A DNA stretch of 57,181 bases from Candidatus Omnitrophota bacterium (GTDB taxonomy: Bacteria; Omnitrophota; Omnitrophia; Omnitrophales; Aquincolibacteriaceae). The notes beneath the pieces were generated by a model. It saw nothing but the letters and a program-made list of their open reading frames with translations. It did not search any database and had not been told where the DNA came from. The stretch lies in contig DAOSLF010000012.1 in NCBI GenBank assembly GCA_035368605.1, forward strand, positions 1 through 57,181. Reading direction: 5' to 3'. Positions 1-9,359 of this stretch are shown here, in pieces. Position 1 is the stretch's first letter, and the number at the start of each line of letters is the position of its first letter. The position numbers were made by a program, and so were the translations under genes.

Positions 1-174
1 CCTATTACCTGACCGCAAGATTTGATTTTTAACCGGTCCCCGCGGACAAAACCGCAGGGGACGTGATTTGACTTTTAAAAACCGGGGCTTATCTCTCAGG
101 ACCGGGTGAAGAAACCGTTACAGGTCCCGAGTCCCTTGCATGTCACCCTATAATCTGAAATAATACCGCCCGCC

Positions 175-876
175 ATGAAAAACTATCCGTTTTACCGGGT
201 TTTCCGTGATTTTAGGGCCTGCTTTGATCGCGATCCGGCGGCGCGTACACCCCTTGGGGTCCTGGAGGTCCTCTCCCTTTATTCCGGTTTCCACGCGGTG
301 CTTTTCTACCGCTTCGCGCATATCCTGTATCGCCTGAAGATCCCTTTTATCCCGCGCCTTATCTCGCAGATCGCGCGTTTTTTGACCGGTGTCGAGATCC
401 ACCCCGGTGCCAGGATCGGCCCGGGATTTTTCATCGATCACGGCATGGGCGTCGTGATCGGAGAGACGACCGAGATCGGCGAAAACGTCACGATCTACCA
501 GGGCGTGACGCTCGGCGGCACCGGGAAAGAACGCGGCAAACGCCATCCGACGCTCGGTAACAATGTGGTTGTCGGCGTCGGCGCGAAGATTCTCGGCAAT
601 ATCCGGATCGGGAACCACGTCAAGGTTGGCGGAGGATCGGTCGTGATCCATTCCGTGCCGGATTACTGCACGGTCGTTGGCGTGCCGGGCGAGATAGTCC
701 GTATCGACGGGAAAAAACCCGGGGAGATCGATCTCGAGCACGGCGATCTTCCGGACCCCGTGAAGGAACTCAAGAACCGTCTTCGCGCGCTCCAGAAGGA
801 AGTCGAGCAGATCGAGGCGCAGCACAAGGGATCGAAGAACGCCCGGCGCTCCGTGGACGGCGGCGAAAAACAATGA
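175..876 (+). CDS. cysE: serine O-acetyltransferase
   Basis: 233 aa. Left-handed beta-helix hexapeptide core '[38 protein letters not shown]...[23 protein letters not shown]' plus an N-terminal SAT helical region. TGA stop. Confidence 0.93.
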   Translation: MKNYPFYRVFRDFRACFDRDPAARTPLGVLEVLSLYSGFHAVLFYRFAHILYRLKIPFIPRLISQIARFLTGVEIHPGARIGPGFFIDHGMGVVIGETTEIGENVTIYQGVTLGGTGKERGKRHPTLGNNVVVGVGAKILGNIRIGNHVKVGGGSVVIHSVPDYCTVVGVPGEIVRIDGKKPGEIDLEHGDLPDPVKELKNRLRALQKEVEQIEAQHKGSKNARRSVDGGEKQ

Positions 877-898
877 ACGATCCCCTGCAGGTCATGCC

Positions 899-1315
899 AT
901 GATGAAAAAGGGAAAAATCTATTCCGACGGGGGCGCCCGCGGCAACCCCGGACCGGCCGCGATCGGCGTGCTGGTCTGTGACGAGAACGACCATAAACTT
1001 TCCGATCACGGCGAAACAATCGGTGAAACGACGAACAATGTGGCGGAATATACGGCCGTGGTTCGCGGCCTGACGCTCGCCTCCGAGCTCGGCATCGGAG
1101 AAGCGGATTATTTCCTCGACAGCGAGCTTGTGGCGCGCCAGCTCTCTGGGGTCTATAAGCTCAAGGCCGAACATCTCAAGCCGTTCTTCGTTCAGGTCAA
1201 GTCCCTCGAAAAAAAATTCAAGCGCGTGACTTACTTCCATGTGCCGCGCGAACACGCAAAGATCAGGCATGTCGATCGCCTTGTTAATCTTGCGCTGGAC
1301 CGGGCGGGGTGCTGA
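899..1315 (+). CDS. RNase HI-family ribonuclease H (short, archaeal-like type 1)
   Basis: 138 aa. 'YSDGGARGNPGPAAIGVL...NNVAEYTAVVRGL...DSELVARQL' matches the DEDD RNase H fold pattern. Confidence 0.85.
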   Translation: MMKKGKIYSDGGARGNPGPAAIGVLVCDENDHKLSDHGETIGETTNNVAEYTAVVRGLTLASELGIGEADYFLDSELVARQLSGVYKLKAEHLKPFFVQVKSLEKKFKRVTYFHVPREHAKIRHVDRLVNLALDRAGC

Positions 1316-1319
1316 GGCC

Positions 1320-1673
1320 ATGGACTGGATTGCGGCGTTGATCGGGTTGATCGGCGGTTTCACGGGCGGGCTCCTTGGCGTTGGCGGCGGGACGATCTAC
1401 ATCCCGCTCATGATCATGTTGAAGGGGATGGACACGCACCGGGCCGTCGGGACCTCGCTCATGACGATCATTTTCACGGGCATGTTCGGCGCATTCTTCC
1501 ACCACCGGCAAGGCATGGTCGACCTCAGGATCGCCGTGGCGATGGGCATCTTCAGCATCCTCGGCGTCTGGCTGGGAACCAGGCTCTCGGTCGCGACCGA
1601 CGAGCTAATGCTCCGGAGGATTTTTTCCGTTTTTCTGGTTGTCGTCGCGTTCAAATTATTCTTCACGAAATAA
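1320..1673 (+). CDS. TSUP/TauE-SafE family membrane protein, half-size (about 4 TM)
   Basis: ATG at 1320 lies just after the RNase H stop (1313-1315). 'GGFTGGLLGVGGGTIYIPLMI...HRAVGTSL' is typical of TauE/TSUP. At 117 aa it is half the usual length. Confidence 0.75.
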   Translation: MDWIAALIGLIGGFTGGLLGVGGGTIYIPLMIMLKGMDTHRAVGTSLMTIIFTGMFGAFFHHRQGMVDLRIAVAMGIFSILGVWLGTRLSVATDELMLRRIFSVFLVVVAFKLFFTK

Positions 1674-1691
1674 TCCCAGGGAGGTTGTGAC

Positions 1692-3209
1692 ATGAAAACG
1701 GTACTCGTTTCTTCCAAAGGCGGCGCGAAAGCCGACATCCTTTTCATCGGGTTCTTCAAGGGCGGGAAAGACCTGCAGGGAATCAAAAAGATCGAGCCGC
1801 TTTTCGGAAAGGTGCTCGAGGCCGCGATCAAGAAAGAACGGTTCGCGGGAAAGCCGCAGGAGGTGTTCGCTTCCTTCCAGCCGGCCTATCGGCACGCCGC
1901 GGAGGTGGTCGTGGTTGGACTCGGGGAAAAGAAGGACCTGAAGCCGGCATTGCTCCGCAAGATTGCCGGAAAAATCATTGAGGTCGCCGGCACGAGAAAG
2001 GCCGGGAAAATCCGCGTGCTCGCGGACACCTTTCTGGGGGATGTTCTGGAGGCGAAAACGGCTGCCGGGATCTTCGCGGAAAGCGCGATGCTTGCCTCTT
2101 ATCGTTTCCTTCGGTACAAGACCGGGAAAAAGGACGCGCTTCCGAAATTCCCGGAAACGTTCGAGCTGGTCTTCGAAGACAAGAACCTTGCCGGCGAACT
2201 GAAGCGCGCCGTGACCCGCGCGGAAAAGATCGCGAAAGCCGTGGTCTATGCCCGCGACCTCAACAACGAGCCGGCCAACGTTATGAACCCGCCGCGGCTC
2301 GTCGAGGAATCCGGGAAGCTTGCGGAGGAAAAGGGGCTCCGGCACACCGCGCTCGATCTCACGGAGCTGACCGAACTCGGAATGAACGGCATTCTCGGTG
2401 TGAACAGGGGGAGCGTGACGCCCCCCGCGCTCATTATCCTGGAGCACGGAGAGGAATATAAAGAGAACGGGACCGTGTGCCTCGTCGGCAAGGGCGTCAC
2501 CTTTGACACAGGCGGCATCTCGATCAAGCCCTCGAAGGGGATGGAGGAGATGAAGTTCGACAAGTCCGGCGCGATCGCCGTGATCGCGACGATGGGGCTT
2601 GTCGCGGACCTCAAGCTCCCGCTCCGTGTTATCGGCCTTGCGCCGTGCGTGGAGAACAACGTTGCGAACAATCCCCAGCGACCAGGCGATATCATCAGGA
2701 TGTACAACGGGAAGACCGTTGAGGTCATCAACACGGACGCGGAAGGACGGCTGATTCTCGCGGACGCGCTCGCGTACTGCGAAAAATACAAGCCGGACGC
2801 GATCATCGACGCGGCCACGCTGACAGGACTCGCCCACCTGACCTTCGGTGACAAGACCTGCGCGATCCTCGGTACCGATCAAAAACTGATCGATACGATC
2901 CGCGAAGCGGGCGAGAAGACCGGCGAGCGTTGCTGGCAGCTGCCGCTCTGGGACGAGTACGCGGATGCGATCAAAGGGAACCACTCGGACATCAACAACA
3001 CCGGCGACGGTTACGCGGGGACCATCACCGCGACGATGTTTCTCAAGGAGTTCGTCCCGGCGAAGGTGCCATGGGTCCATCTCGACATCGCGGGAACGGC
3101 TTATATCGGGAAGAATAATCACGAATGTCCCAAGGGCGCGACGGGATTCGGGGTCAGGCTTTTCACCGAAGTGCTCTCGAACTGGAGCCGGGAAAGTTTC
3201 TCAAAATAA
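1692..3209 (+). CDS. pepA: leucyl aminopeptidase (M17)
   Basis: 505 aa. 'VGKGVTFDTGGISIKP', 'NTDAEGRLILADAL' and 'WVHLDIAG' are the M17 catalytic motifs. GGGAGG RBS upstream. Confidence 0.95.
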   Translation: MKTVLVSSKGGAKADILFIGFFKGGKDLQGIKKIEPLFGKVLEAAIKKERFAGKPQEVFASFQPAYRHAAEVVVVGLGEKKDLKPALLRKIAGKIIEVAGTRKAGKIRVLADTFLGDVLEAKTAAGIFAESAMLASYRFLRYKTGKKDALPKFPETFELVFEDKNLAGELKRAVTRAEKIAKAVVYARDLNNEPANVMNPPRLVEESGKLAEEKGLRHTALDLTELTELGMNGILGVNRGSVTPPALIILEHGEEYKENGTVCLVGKGVTFDTGGISIKPSKGMEEMKFDKSGAIAVIATMGLVADLKLPLRVIGLAPCVENNVANNPQRPGDIIRMYNGKTVEVINTDAEGRLILADALAYCEKYKPDAIIDAATLTGLAHLTFGDKTCAILGTDQKLIDTIREAGEKTGERCWQLPLWDEYADAIKGNHSDINNTGDGYAGTITATMFLKEFVPAKVPWVHLDIAGTAYIGKNNHECPKGATGFGVRLFTEVLSNWSRESFSK

Positions 3210-3282
3210 CAGAGGTTAAGATTTTCGGCTTTCAGGACGTTAATGATACGGCGGAAACACCTCAATCCAAGGAGACCGAATT

Positions 3283-3723
3283 ATGAAGAAATTCCTGTCC
3301 TGCATTTTGGTATTATTCCTTGTTACCGTTTTCACGGTTCCTTCGGCGTTCGCGGCGGGTGGTAAAGAGTTTGGCGCTTCTCTTCTGTTGCCGACCACCG
3401 GCCAAACGATGAACGGCCAGTTTGGGAGCACCAAGACCAAGCTGATGGCCGGCATCGAGGTGGCAGCGATCACCGCGACCGTCATTCTCGGTTTCGTTCC
3501 GGGCGGCGCGATCGTTTGGGCCGGCGCGGGGCCGTTGCTTGCCAACCATCTGTGGAGCGCGACGGACGCCTTCGTCACCGCCCGCAAGAAGGACAATGAC
3601 CCGTACGTGCAGGAACAGATGCTTGAGGCGCAGCGGACACTGGATGTTTCGCGGCAGAACCGTTTCGCGCGCGAATCGAATATCCGCCAGCGCATCCTCA
3701 AGGCCGGAGAAGAGAGTTACTGA
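3283..3723 (+). CDS. hypothetical signal-peptide/membrane protein (paralog of 48849-49139)
   Basis: The signal peptide ends in 'SAFA'. Motifs 'LLPTTGQTMNGQ' and 'HLWSATDAF' are shared with the small protein at 48849-49139. A strong terminator follows. Confidence 0.7.
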   Translation: MKKFLSCILVLFLVTVFTVPSAFAAGGKEFGASLLLPTTGQTMNGQFGSTKTKLMAGIEVAAITATVILGFVPGGAIVWAGAGPLLANHLWSATDAFVTARKKDNDPYVQEQMLEAQRTLDVSRQNRFARESNIRQRILKAGEESY

Positions 3724-3754
3724 GTTTATTGTTGGGACCCGTAGATCCAAAAAA

Positions 3755-3783
3755 GGCCTGATCTCCCCGATCAGGCCTTTTTA
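3755..3783 (+). terminator. intrinsic terminator
   Basis: Stem ggcctgatc / gatcaggcc (9 bp), loop tcccc, then a T-run. Confidence 0.85.
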
Positions 3784-3820
3784 CTTTTAAAGACCTTCGT
3801 GACGGCACGGGGCGTGAGGG

Positions 3821-5125
3821 GTGTCCAGAATGGCGGATGAAAGAGAGAACAGGCGTATCAGGGCGCAGCTGCGTGTTGCCGCCGGGCTTTGGAGCGGGGT
3901 GCGAAAGGAATCGATACCCGCCGATCGCTTTCTGAGCCGTTATTTTTTTCATCATCGGAAAAAAACAGGCGCTCGCGACCGCCGGTTCCTGTCCGAAACG
4001 ATTTTTAGCGCATTCCGGCACAAGAGCTTTCTTGAGGCATGGCTTGAAAGTGGGCGGGGTTTCGCGCAACCGTCCCCGGAGGGAGCGGAGCGGGATGTGC
4101 TCTTTTGCTCGCTCGCGGCGGCGAAGGAACACCTGATCGGAAAGGAATTCTTTGACGGGACCGGCCTCCTGGAAGGCGTCTATGAGGCGCTTCAGGACCA
4201 GATTCTTCCGGAGGGCTGTGCGGGACTTCCGGAGGATGAAAAACACGCCCTTCTTTATTCGTTCCCGCTCTGGCTCGTCAAGCGGTGGCGAGAGCGGTAC
4301 GGAGCCGAAAAGGCCGAAAAGCTATGCAGCTGTTTTCTGAGCCGGCCGCGACCGATTCTCCGGACGAACACGCTCAAAACCACCCGCGAAAAACTGATCG
4401 GCGCCCTTTGCCGGATGGGCGTGAAGGCGGAAGCGGCACCCCGTTCTCCTTTTGGGGTCATTTTACGGGAACGCAGAAACGTGCTCGATAGCCCCGCTTT
4501 CCGGGATGGATGGTTCGAACTCCAGGACGAGGGAAGTCAGCTGGTCTGTCTGAAAATGGACGCGAAACCGGGAGAGACGGTCTGGGATGTCTGCGCGGGT
4601 GGGGGCGGGAAGAGTCTCATGCTGGCCGCGATGATGGAGAACAAAGGCCGGATCGTGGCGACGGACCTTCGCGGTTACAAACTTGATGAGTTGAAAAAAC
4701 GCGCAAAGCGCGCGGGAGCGTTCAATATCTTCCCGGTGAACCTTGATCGCATGTCGGAACTGGCGGTCGCCCGGAAGGGGTTCGACCGGATCCTGGTCGA
4801 TGCCCCATGCTCCGGAACGGGAACGATGGGCCGGAACCCGGACGCCAAGTGGAGGATCGACGAGACCTGGTTCGCGCGGCTTCATGAAGAGCAGGCCGGG
4901 ATTCTCGAAAAAGCTTTGCCATACCTGAAGAAAAACGGCAAACTGTACTACGCCACCTGCTCGCTGGAGCCGGTCGAGAACGAAACGCTTGTCGAGGAAG
5001 TCCTCGCGAAACATCCGGAGCTTCGGTGTGTCCCCTGCGGTGACGCGGGAGAAAGGTTTTTTGCGTTGTGGCCGCCCGAAAGCGGCACGGACGGTTTCTT
5101 TCTGGCAACGATGGAAAAAACTTAA
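3821..5125 (+). CDS. rsmB: 16S rRNA (cytosine-C5)-methyltransferase, RsmB/Sun family
   Basis: 'DVCAGGGGKS' (SAM motif), 'DAPCSGTGT' and 'YATCS' are the NOL1/NOP2/Sun signature. GTG at 3821, alternative ATG at 3830. Confidence 0.9.
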   Translation: MSRMADERENRRIRAQLRVAAGLWSGVRKESIPADRFLSRYFFHHRKKTGARDRRFLSETIFSAFRHKSFLEAWLESGRGFAQPSPEGAERDVLFCSLAAAKEHLIGKEFFDGTGLLEGVYEALQDQILPEGCAGLPEDEKHALLYSFPLWLVKRWRERYGAEKAEKLCSCFLSRPRPILRTNTLKTTREKLIGALCRMGVKAEAAPRSPFGVILRERRNVLDSPAFRDGWFELQDEGSQLVCLKMDAKPGETVWDVCAGGGGKSLMLAAMMENKGRIVATDLRGYKLDELKKRAKRAGAFNIFPVNLDRMSELAVARKGFDRILVDAPCSGTGTMGRNPDAKWRIDETWFARLHEEQAGILEKALPYLKKNGKLYYATCSLEPVENETLVEEVLAKHPELRCVPCGDAGERFFALWPPESGTDGFFLATMEKT

Positions 5126-5141
5126 GATGAAGGAGAAGATC

Positions 5142-5498
5142 ATGAGGGTGTTCATGACGGCGGTTTTTTTGGCGGGGATGATGCTTGTTGCACGAACGGG
5201 ATCGGCCGCGGAACCGATAGAGGGCGGCGGAATCGGGGAGGGCATGAAACGCGGAGGCATCAACCTCGTTACGTTCCCCGGAGAACTTGTCAGGACCGCG
5301 ATGGCTGAGAAGGAGGTCCACCCCCGGGCCTGGCCGCTTGCCTATGTCCCCAAAACGGTCTTCAATGTTATCGCGCGAGCGTCTTCTTCCGTGAACGACC
5401 TTTTCATCATGCCGACCCACGCGTGGGCGACAAAAGACACCCGTCCGATCACGAGTTTTTTCAGTATGCCCGATTACGTCTGGGAAAGATCCGAGTAG
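5142..5498 (+). CDS. secreted small protein, exosortase-system-associated (TIGR04073-like) paralog 1
   Basis: AAGGAG lies 6 nt before the ATG at 5142. Signal peptide present. 'RGGINLVTFPGELV...VPKTVFNVIARASSSVNDLFIMP' shares its architecture with 6938-7489 and 9360-9692. Family name is from memory. Confidence 0.7.
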   Translation: MRVFMTAVFLAGMMLVARTGSAAEPIEGGGIGEGMKRGGINLVTFPGELVRTAMAEKEVHPRAWPLAYVPKTVFNVIARASSSVNDLFIMPTHAWATKDTRPITSFFSMPDYVWERSE

Positions 5499-5514
5499 TT
5501 TTTGTTTCGTTTTC

Positions 5515-6261
5515 ATGAATTTTCGAAACATCATCACGATCCTCGTTCGTCCCGAAAACCCCGATAATATCGGGGCAGTGGCCCGCGCTCTCAAGAACAT
5601 GGGGTTCAGCCGTCTTCGTCTTGTCAGGCCACCTTCGGGCTGGCGTGTTCGCGGGAAAAAGATGGCGATGTCCGCCGCGGATCTGTTGTCCGCCACAGAG
5701 GTCTTTTCCTCGCTGCATGAAGCGGTCCAGGACTTGGGGCATGTTGCCGGCATGACGCGCCGGGGAGGCGCCGCGCGCGGCACGTTCCTGGGGTTCGATG
5801 ACGCTATCGGGAAGATCAGAACCGCTTCCTCAAAAATGCGGATCGGAGTCGTTTTTGGCTGCGAATCCAAAGGGCTGGCGAATGAGGATACCCGGTTGTG
5901 CGATGTCCTCGTGAGCATTCCGTCGGGGAAGGCTTACCCCTCGCTCAATCTGGCGCAGGCCGTGATGGTGACCTTGTTTTCGGTCGCCCGTCAGAAGAAC
6001 GCGACCAAAAGTGCGTGTGCGGCAAACGAAAGGTCCCTTAGCAAGAAAGAGATCGCCGCTGCGGTCGAACATTTTGAACGGGCTTTACGGGCGCTTGGCT
6101 ACCGGGAAGGAGGCGCCGATCTCTTGCCGAGGATTCTTGCTACCTTTCGGGGCATTCTCAAACGAAGCGGGCTTTCGGCCCCGGAAGCCCAGATGATCAA
6201 AGGGCTCTCGCGCAGGATCCGGGAAAAAGTTTTGGATACGCCGGAAGTTCCTATAGAATAG
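5515..6261 (+). CDS. trmJ: SpoU/TrmH-class RNA 2'-O-methyltransferase, TrmJ-like
   Basis: SPOUT motifs 'PENPDNIGAVARALKNMGF', 'VFGCESKGL' and 'IPSGKAYPSLNLAQAV'. Confidence 0.85.
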   Translation: MNFRNIITILVRPENPDNIGAVARALKNMGFSRLRLVRPPSGWRVRGKKMAMSAADLLSATEVFSSLHEAVQDLGHVAGMTRRGGAARGTFLGFDDAIGKIRTASSKMRIGVVFGCESKGLANEDTRLCDVLVSIPSGKAYPSLNLAQAVMVTLFSVARQKNATKSACAANERSLSKKEIAAAVEHFERALRALGYREGGADLLPRILATFRGILKRSGLSAPEAQMIKGLSRRIREKVLDTPEVPIE

Positions 6262-6319
6262 TGGCTGCCACCGACAAAAAATCACTGATCGCTGACCAAT
6301 CAAAGGGGAGTTGTGGATC

Positions 6320-6865
6320 ATGGATGAGAAAGATCTGAAGGAAGAGCTTCTTAAGCTGATCAAGGAAAAAGCCGTGGTGCGGGGGGAGCGCAAGCTCGCT
6401 TCCGGCAAGGTATCAAACTACTACATCGACGGTAAACAAGTGACCCTGGATCCCCAGGGGCTTTATATGGTCGGAAAAATGATCCTCCGCATAGCGCAGG
6501 CGGTGAATGCCGACGCGGTAGGCGGGCCGACGCTCGGGGCTGATCCGATTGCTGCCGGGGTCTCGCTTCTGAGCTCACACACCGGGAAACCCCTCAAGGC
6601 CTTCATTGTGAGGAAGGAAGCCAAAGACCACGGGATGCAGAAGATGATCGAGGGACCGGTTCTTGCGGCAGGGGACAAGGTCGTGATGGTCGAGGATGTG
6701 ATCACGACGGGAGGTTCCGTGCTGAAGGCCATCAAGGCCGTGGAAGACCTCGGCGCCAAGGTGGTCAAGGTCATCTGTCTTGTTGACCGCAACGAAGGTG
6801 CCCAGGAAACGCTGGCGCACTATAACTACGCGCCTATTTTTACGCTCAAAGAGCTCGGCTTGTAG
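6320..6865 (+). CDS. pyrE: orotate phosphoribosyltransferase
   Basis: PRPP-binding loop 'VVMVEDVITTGGSVLKAI'. GGGGAG RBS 9 nt before the ATG at 6320 (the track starts at TTG 6311). Confidence 0.93.
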   Translation: MDEKDLKEELLKLIKEKAVVRGERKLASGKVSNYYIDGKQVTLDPQGLYMVGKMILRIAQAVNADAVGGPTLGADPIAAGVSLLSSHTGKPLKAFIVRKEAKDHGMQKMIEGPVLAAGDKVVMVEDVITTGGSVLKAIKAVEDLGAKVVKVICLVDRNEGAQETLAHYNYAPIFTLKELGL

Positions 6866-6882
6866 CCGGTTCGACCGGACAT

Positions 6883-6927
6883 AAAAAACCCCGTTCGCGC
6901 CTGGGCGCGAACGGGGTTTTTGTTTTT
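6883..6927. terminator. bidirectional intrinsic terminator between convergent genes
   Basis: 12-bp stem ccccgttcgcgc / gcgcgaacgggg with loop ctgg, an A-run upstream and a T-run downstream. Confidence 0.9.
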
Positions 6928-6937
6928 AGACGCTTGC

Positions 6938-7489
6938 TTACTTCTTCACGTAACGGTAAGGATCCCGGACTTTCCGGACGGGAGTAGAGGTAGTGGTAGC
7001 GGTGGCGGTCGGCTGTTCTTCAACGACTGTGACGATCGGTTTTGGCGCCGGAGCCTGAACGATCTGCGTCACAACCGGCTGCTGAACAACGGGGGTCGAC
7101 CGGATGTATTCAACCTGCTCCGGCCTGTCATCGCAGAGCAGGCAGTTATGATAAGAGCGGTTCACGGGGAAACCGTTGAAACCCGGAACCCAAAAGAGAC
7201 CGACGTCCACGAGGCCGGACGAAGCGCGGAGGGCCGTGCAGCCGAGGCCGCCCGCCATGCCGGTGAGGGTGCCGATGAGCGGCGGGCCCTGCTTGGTCTT
7301 GTCAACCGTCTGAACGAGAATGTCCACGGGGCTTGTTGCGGCATTGAGAAGCCCGCGGACGAACATTGGGCCGACCTTCTCTTTATATGAATCCGATTCG
7401 GCCGATTCCCAGATGTCCGCGCTGGCGACCGACGGTATCATCAACGCAAAACTGAGCAACAACACGAGCATAACGCTTATCTTTTTCAT
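6938..7489 (-). CDS. secreted protein, TIGR04073-like paralog 2 with a Pro/Val/Thr-rich C-terminal extension
   Basis: AGGAGG lies 6 nt before the 'MKKISVML' start at 7489 (the track ORF extends to 7591). The signal peptide ends in 'SVASA'. 'FVRGLLNAATSPVDIL...GMAGGLGCTALRASSGLVDVGLFWVP'. Confidence 0.75.
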   Translation of the reverse strand: MKKISVMLVLLLSFALMIPSVASADIWESAESDSYKEKVGPMFVRGLLNAATSPVDILVQTVDKTKQGPPLIGTLTGMAGGLGCTALRASSGLVDVGLFWVPGFNGFPVNRSYHNCLLCDDRPEQVEYIRSTPVVQQPVVTQIVQAPAPKPIVTVVEEQPTATATTTSTPVRKVRDPYRYVKK

Positions 7490-7686
7490 GAACATCCTCC
7501 TCTTTTGAAATTCCTGAAACATGCTCAGCCGTGAAAAAATATTGCTATAAATTGCGTGGCGGGGAGATATTACATCGGATAAAAATAACAATCAATATGA
7601 TTTTTTATTGACACGTCCATTTCTTGTAAATGTAAATATAATAACAACTTACAGGAACAACCGAATGAAGTAATTTATAACAACCA

Positions 7687-7715
7687 TTGACAATTTATAG
7701 TATATGGTGTAGTTT
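7687..7715 (+). promoter_or_regulatory. sigma70-like promoter inside a ~180-bp AT-rich spacer
   Basis: TTGACA (7687-7692), 17-nt spacer, TAGTTT (7710-7715). A second TTGACA sits at 7608-7613. ATAACAAC and CTATAACTA words are repeated in the spacer. Confidence 0.45.
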
Positions 7716-7773
7716 GTATTGTAGTATATAACTATAAAGAACTCAAAAATAGCTATAACTAACAAGGAGACAG

Positions 7774-7998
7774 ATGATGGATCAACCAAAAGAGCAGGAG
7801 CAGCAATTCCAGTATCCCAGACGGGAGAGGGCCCAGATCATGACGCCCAAAGAGGCGGCGAAGTATCTCGGGTTCCATCTCGTGACCATCTACCGGCTTC
7901 TCAAGAAGGGGGAGATCCCCGCGACGAAGATCGGTGGTCAATGGCGTTTTAAGAAGGACGTTCTGGATAACTGGTTGATGGAGCGGATGAACCAATAA
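7774..7998 (+). CDS. excisionase-family (MerR-like) helix-turn-helix DNA-binding protein
   Basis: AAGGAG RBS. 'MTPKEAAKYLGFHLVTIYRLLKKGEIPATKIGGQWRFKKDVLDNWL' is the classic Xis/TIGR01764-type HTH. No integrase is adjacent. Confidence 0.85.
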   Translation: MMDQPKEQEQQFQYPRRERAQIMTPKEAAKYLGFHLVTIYRLLKKGEIPATKIGGQWRFKKDVLDNWLMERMNQ

Positions 7999-8117
7999 AG
8001 GTGTTACGGGTTTCGATGCTTGTTATCATCGGATAATCGGCAGGTGAGTCGGGACCCGTAAAGTTTTCTCGAAATGAGCGTAGTTGCCGCGATGGGGATC
8101 CGGCGATTATGCTTCGC

Positions 8118-9203
8118 TCACTTCCGGGCTTCCAGAAGAAGATTTGCGATCTTTCTGTGAGGCGCGGGAAGTGCGGTTTTTTTCAGGTTCTTCAACGGTA
8201 CCCAACGGCTGCCAGCAACGTGTAAAAGATTTTTTCGGGAGCTGTTTTTTGTCCACACGCGAAGCTCGATCCGGTATCGTGTCACGCTATGACAAAGTTT
8301 CCCGAGCGGGCGCACTCCCTTTTCTCCGCAGATTCCGGCCATTTCCCGAAATGAGTTAAAAAACGGGAATGTCCATAGACCCGTCCACCAATATCCCGCA
8401 GGCTGTCTCTGTAATAGCACTCTGCCATCCGGCAGACTCAATACCAGGGCGTGCATCGTTACGCTTTCATAGTTTTCTTTTCGAGTCCTGACAGGGAAGA
8501 ACATCTCACGTTTCAACCGATGCGCCTTGCAAAATGTGCGGGCGGGACAACGTCCGCATTCAGGATTTTGGGGGGAGCAGACCGTTGCGCCCAACTCCAT
8601 CATCGCCTGGTTGAAATCACCCGGAGCCCGCTCTTCCAAAAGAGCTCCCGCCAAGTCCCACAGAGCGGATATCGCGGCGGAAAGCTCAATGCTTTGACGA
8701 AGGGCGAAAAGGCGGGTCAGAATCCGCACAACGTTCCCGTCCACAACAGGGACCTTCTCATCGAAGGCGATGCTGGCGATTGCGCCTGCCGTGTAACGAC
8801 CGATCCCCGGAAGCTCTTTCAGGAGCGCGGCGCGGGCCGGAATTTTACAGTCCAGATCCTTCACAACGGATTTGGCCGCCCGGTGGAGCATCCCTGCCCG
8901 GCGGTAATAACCAAGTCCTTCCCAGCATTTAAGAACTTTCCCGGGCGGGGCTGATGCGAGAGCGCGGACATCCGGAAAAGCGGCTATCCATTTCTTGTAA
9001 TAGGGAATGACCGTTTTGACTTGTGTCTGCTGAAGCATGATCTCGGAGACCCATATCTTGTATGGGTCTTTTGTGTTCCGCCATGGCATCACGCGTTTTT
9101 CCCTTTGATACCAGGCGAGGAGAGCGCGGCGAAACTTTTTGACGGGGAAATTTTTGAGGATCTTCATGACGGGCATGATAACTTGACAAGCAAGGTCCGG
9201 CAA
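8118..9203 (-). CDS. mutY: A/G-specific adenine DNA glycosylase
   Basis: 'WVSEIMLQQTQV', 'GLGYYRRA', 'LPGIGRYTAGAI', a 4Fe-4S Cys cluster 'C..C..C' and a NUDIX-like C-terminal domain. The start may be an internal Met (9176 or 9167). Confidence 0.92.
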   Translation of the reverse strand: MPDLACQVIMPVMKILKNFPVKKFRRALLAWYQREKRVMPWRNTKDPYKIWVSEIMLQQTQVKTVIPYYKKWIAAFPDVRALASAPPGKVLKCWEGLGYYRRAGMLHRAAKSVVKDLDCKIPARAALLKELPGIGRYTAGAIASIAFDEKVPVVDGNVVRILTRLFALRQSIELSAAISALWDLAGALLEERAPGDFNQAMMELGATVCSPQNPECGRCPARTFCKAHRLKREMFFPVRTRKENYESVTMHALVLSLPDGRVLLQRQPAGYWWTGLWTFPFFNSFREMAGICGEKGVRPLGKLCHSVTRYRIELRVWTKNSSRKNLLHVAGSRWVPLKNLKKTALPAPHRKIANLLLEARK

Positions 9204-9359
9204 GCACGTGAAAAATGATAAAAAAGAATGAAGAAGGCATTAAAGGGTGTCGATAAACATTCAAGCATTATCCTGTTGTCGCGAGGGGATGATTATGGCA
9301 GGATACCGGCAGTGATCACCCTATTAACAACAGGGTTTTCAAACCAAGGAGGAAAAGCA

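Noticed and set aside
1656-3122. 488-aa minus-strand ORF opposite pepA. Similar long antisense ORFs occur at 15985-17394, 21660-23021, 24028-25191, 33020-34108, 37696-40413, 42494-44833 and 45397-47232.
   Set aside because: Each lies entirely antisense to a confidently recognised gene. Their translations are Arg/Asp/His/Gly-rich low-complexity sequences with no motifs. Shadow ORFs of this kind are typical of high-GC DNA.
7585-7773. AT-rich spacer as oriC or a dif site.
   Set aside because: There are only two degenerate DnaA-box-like words (ttatccgat), no box cluster and no dnaA or dnaN nearby. Nothing matches the XerC/XerD dif consensus.
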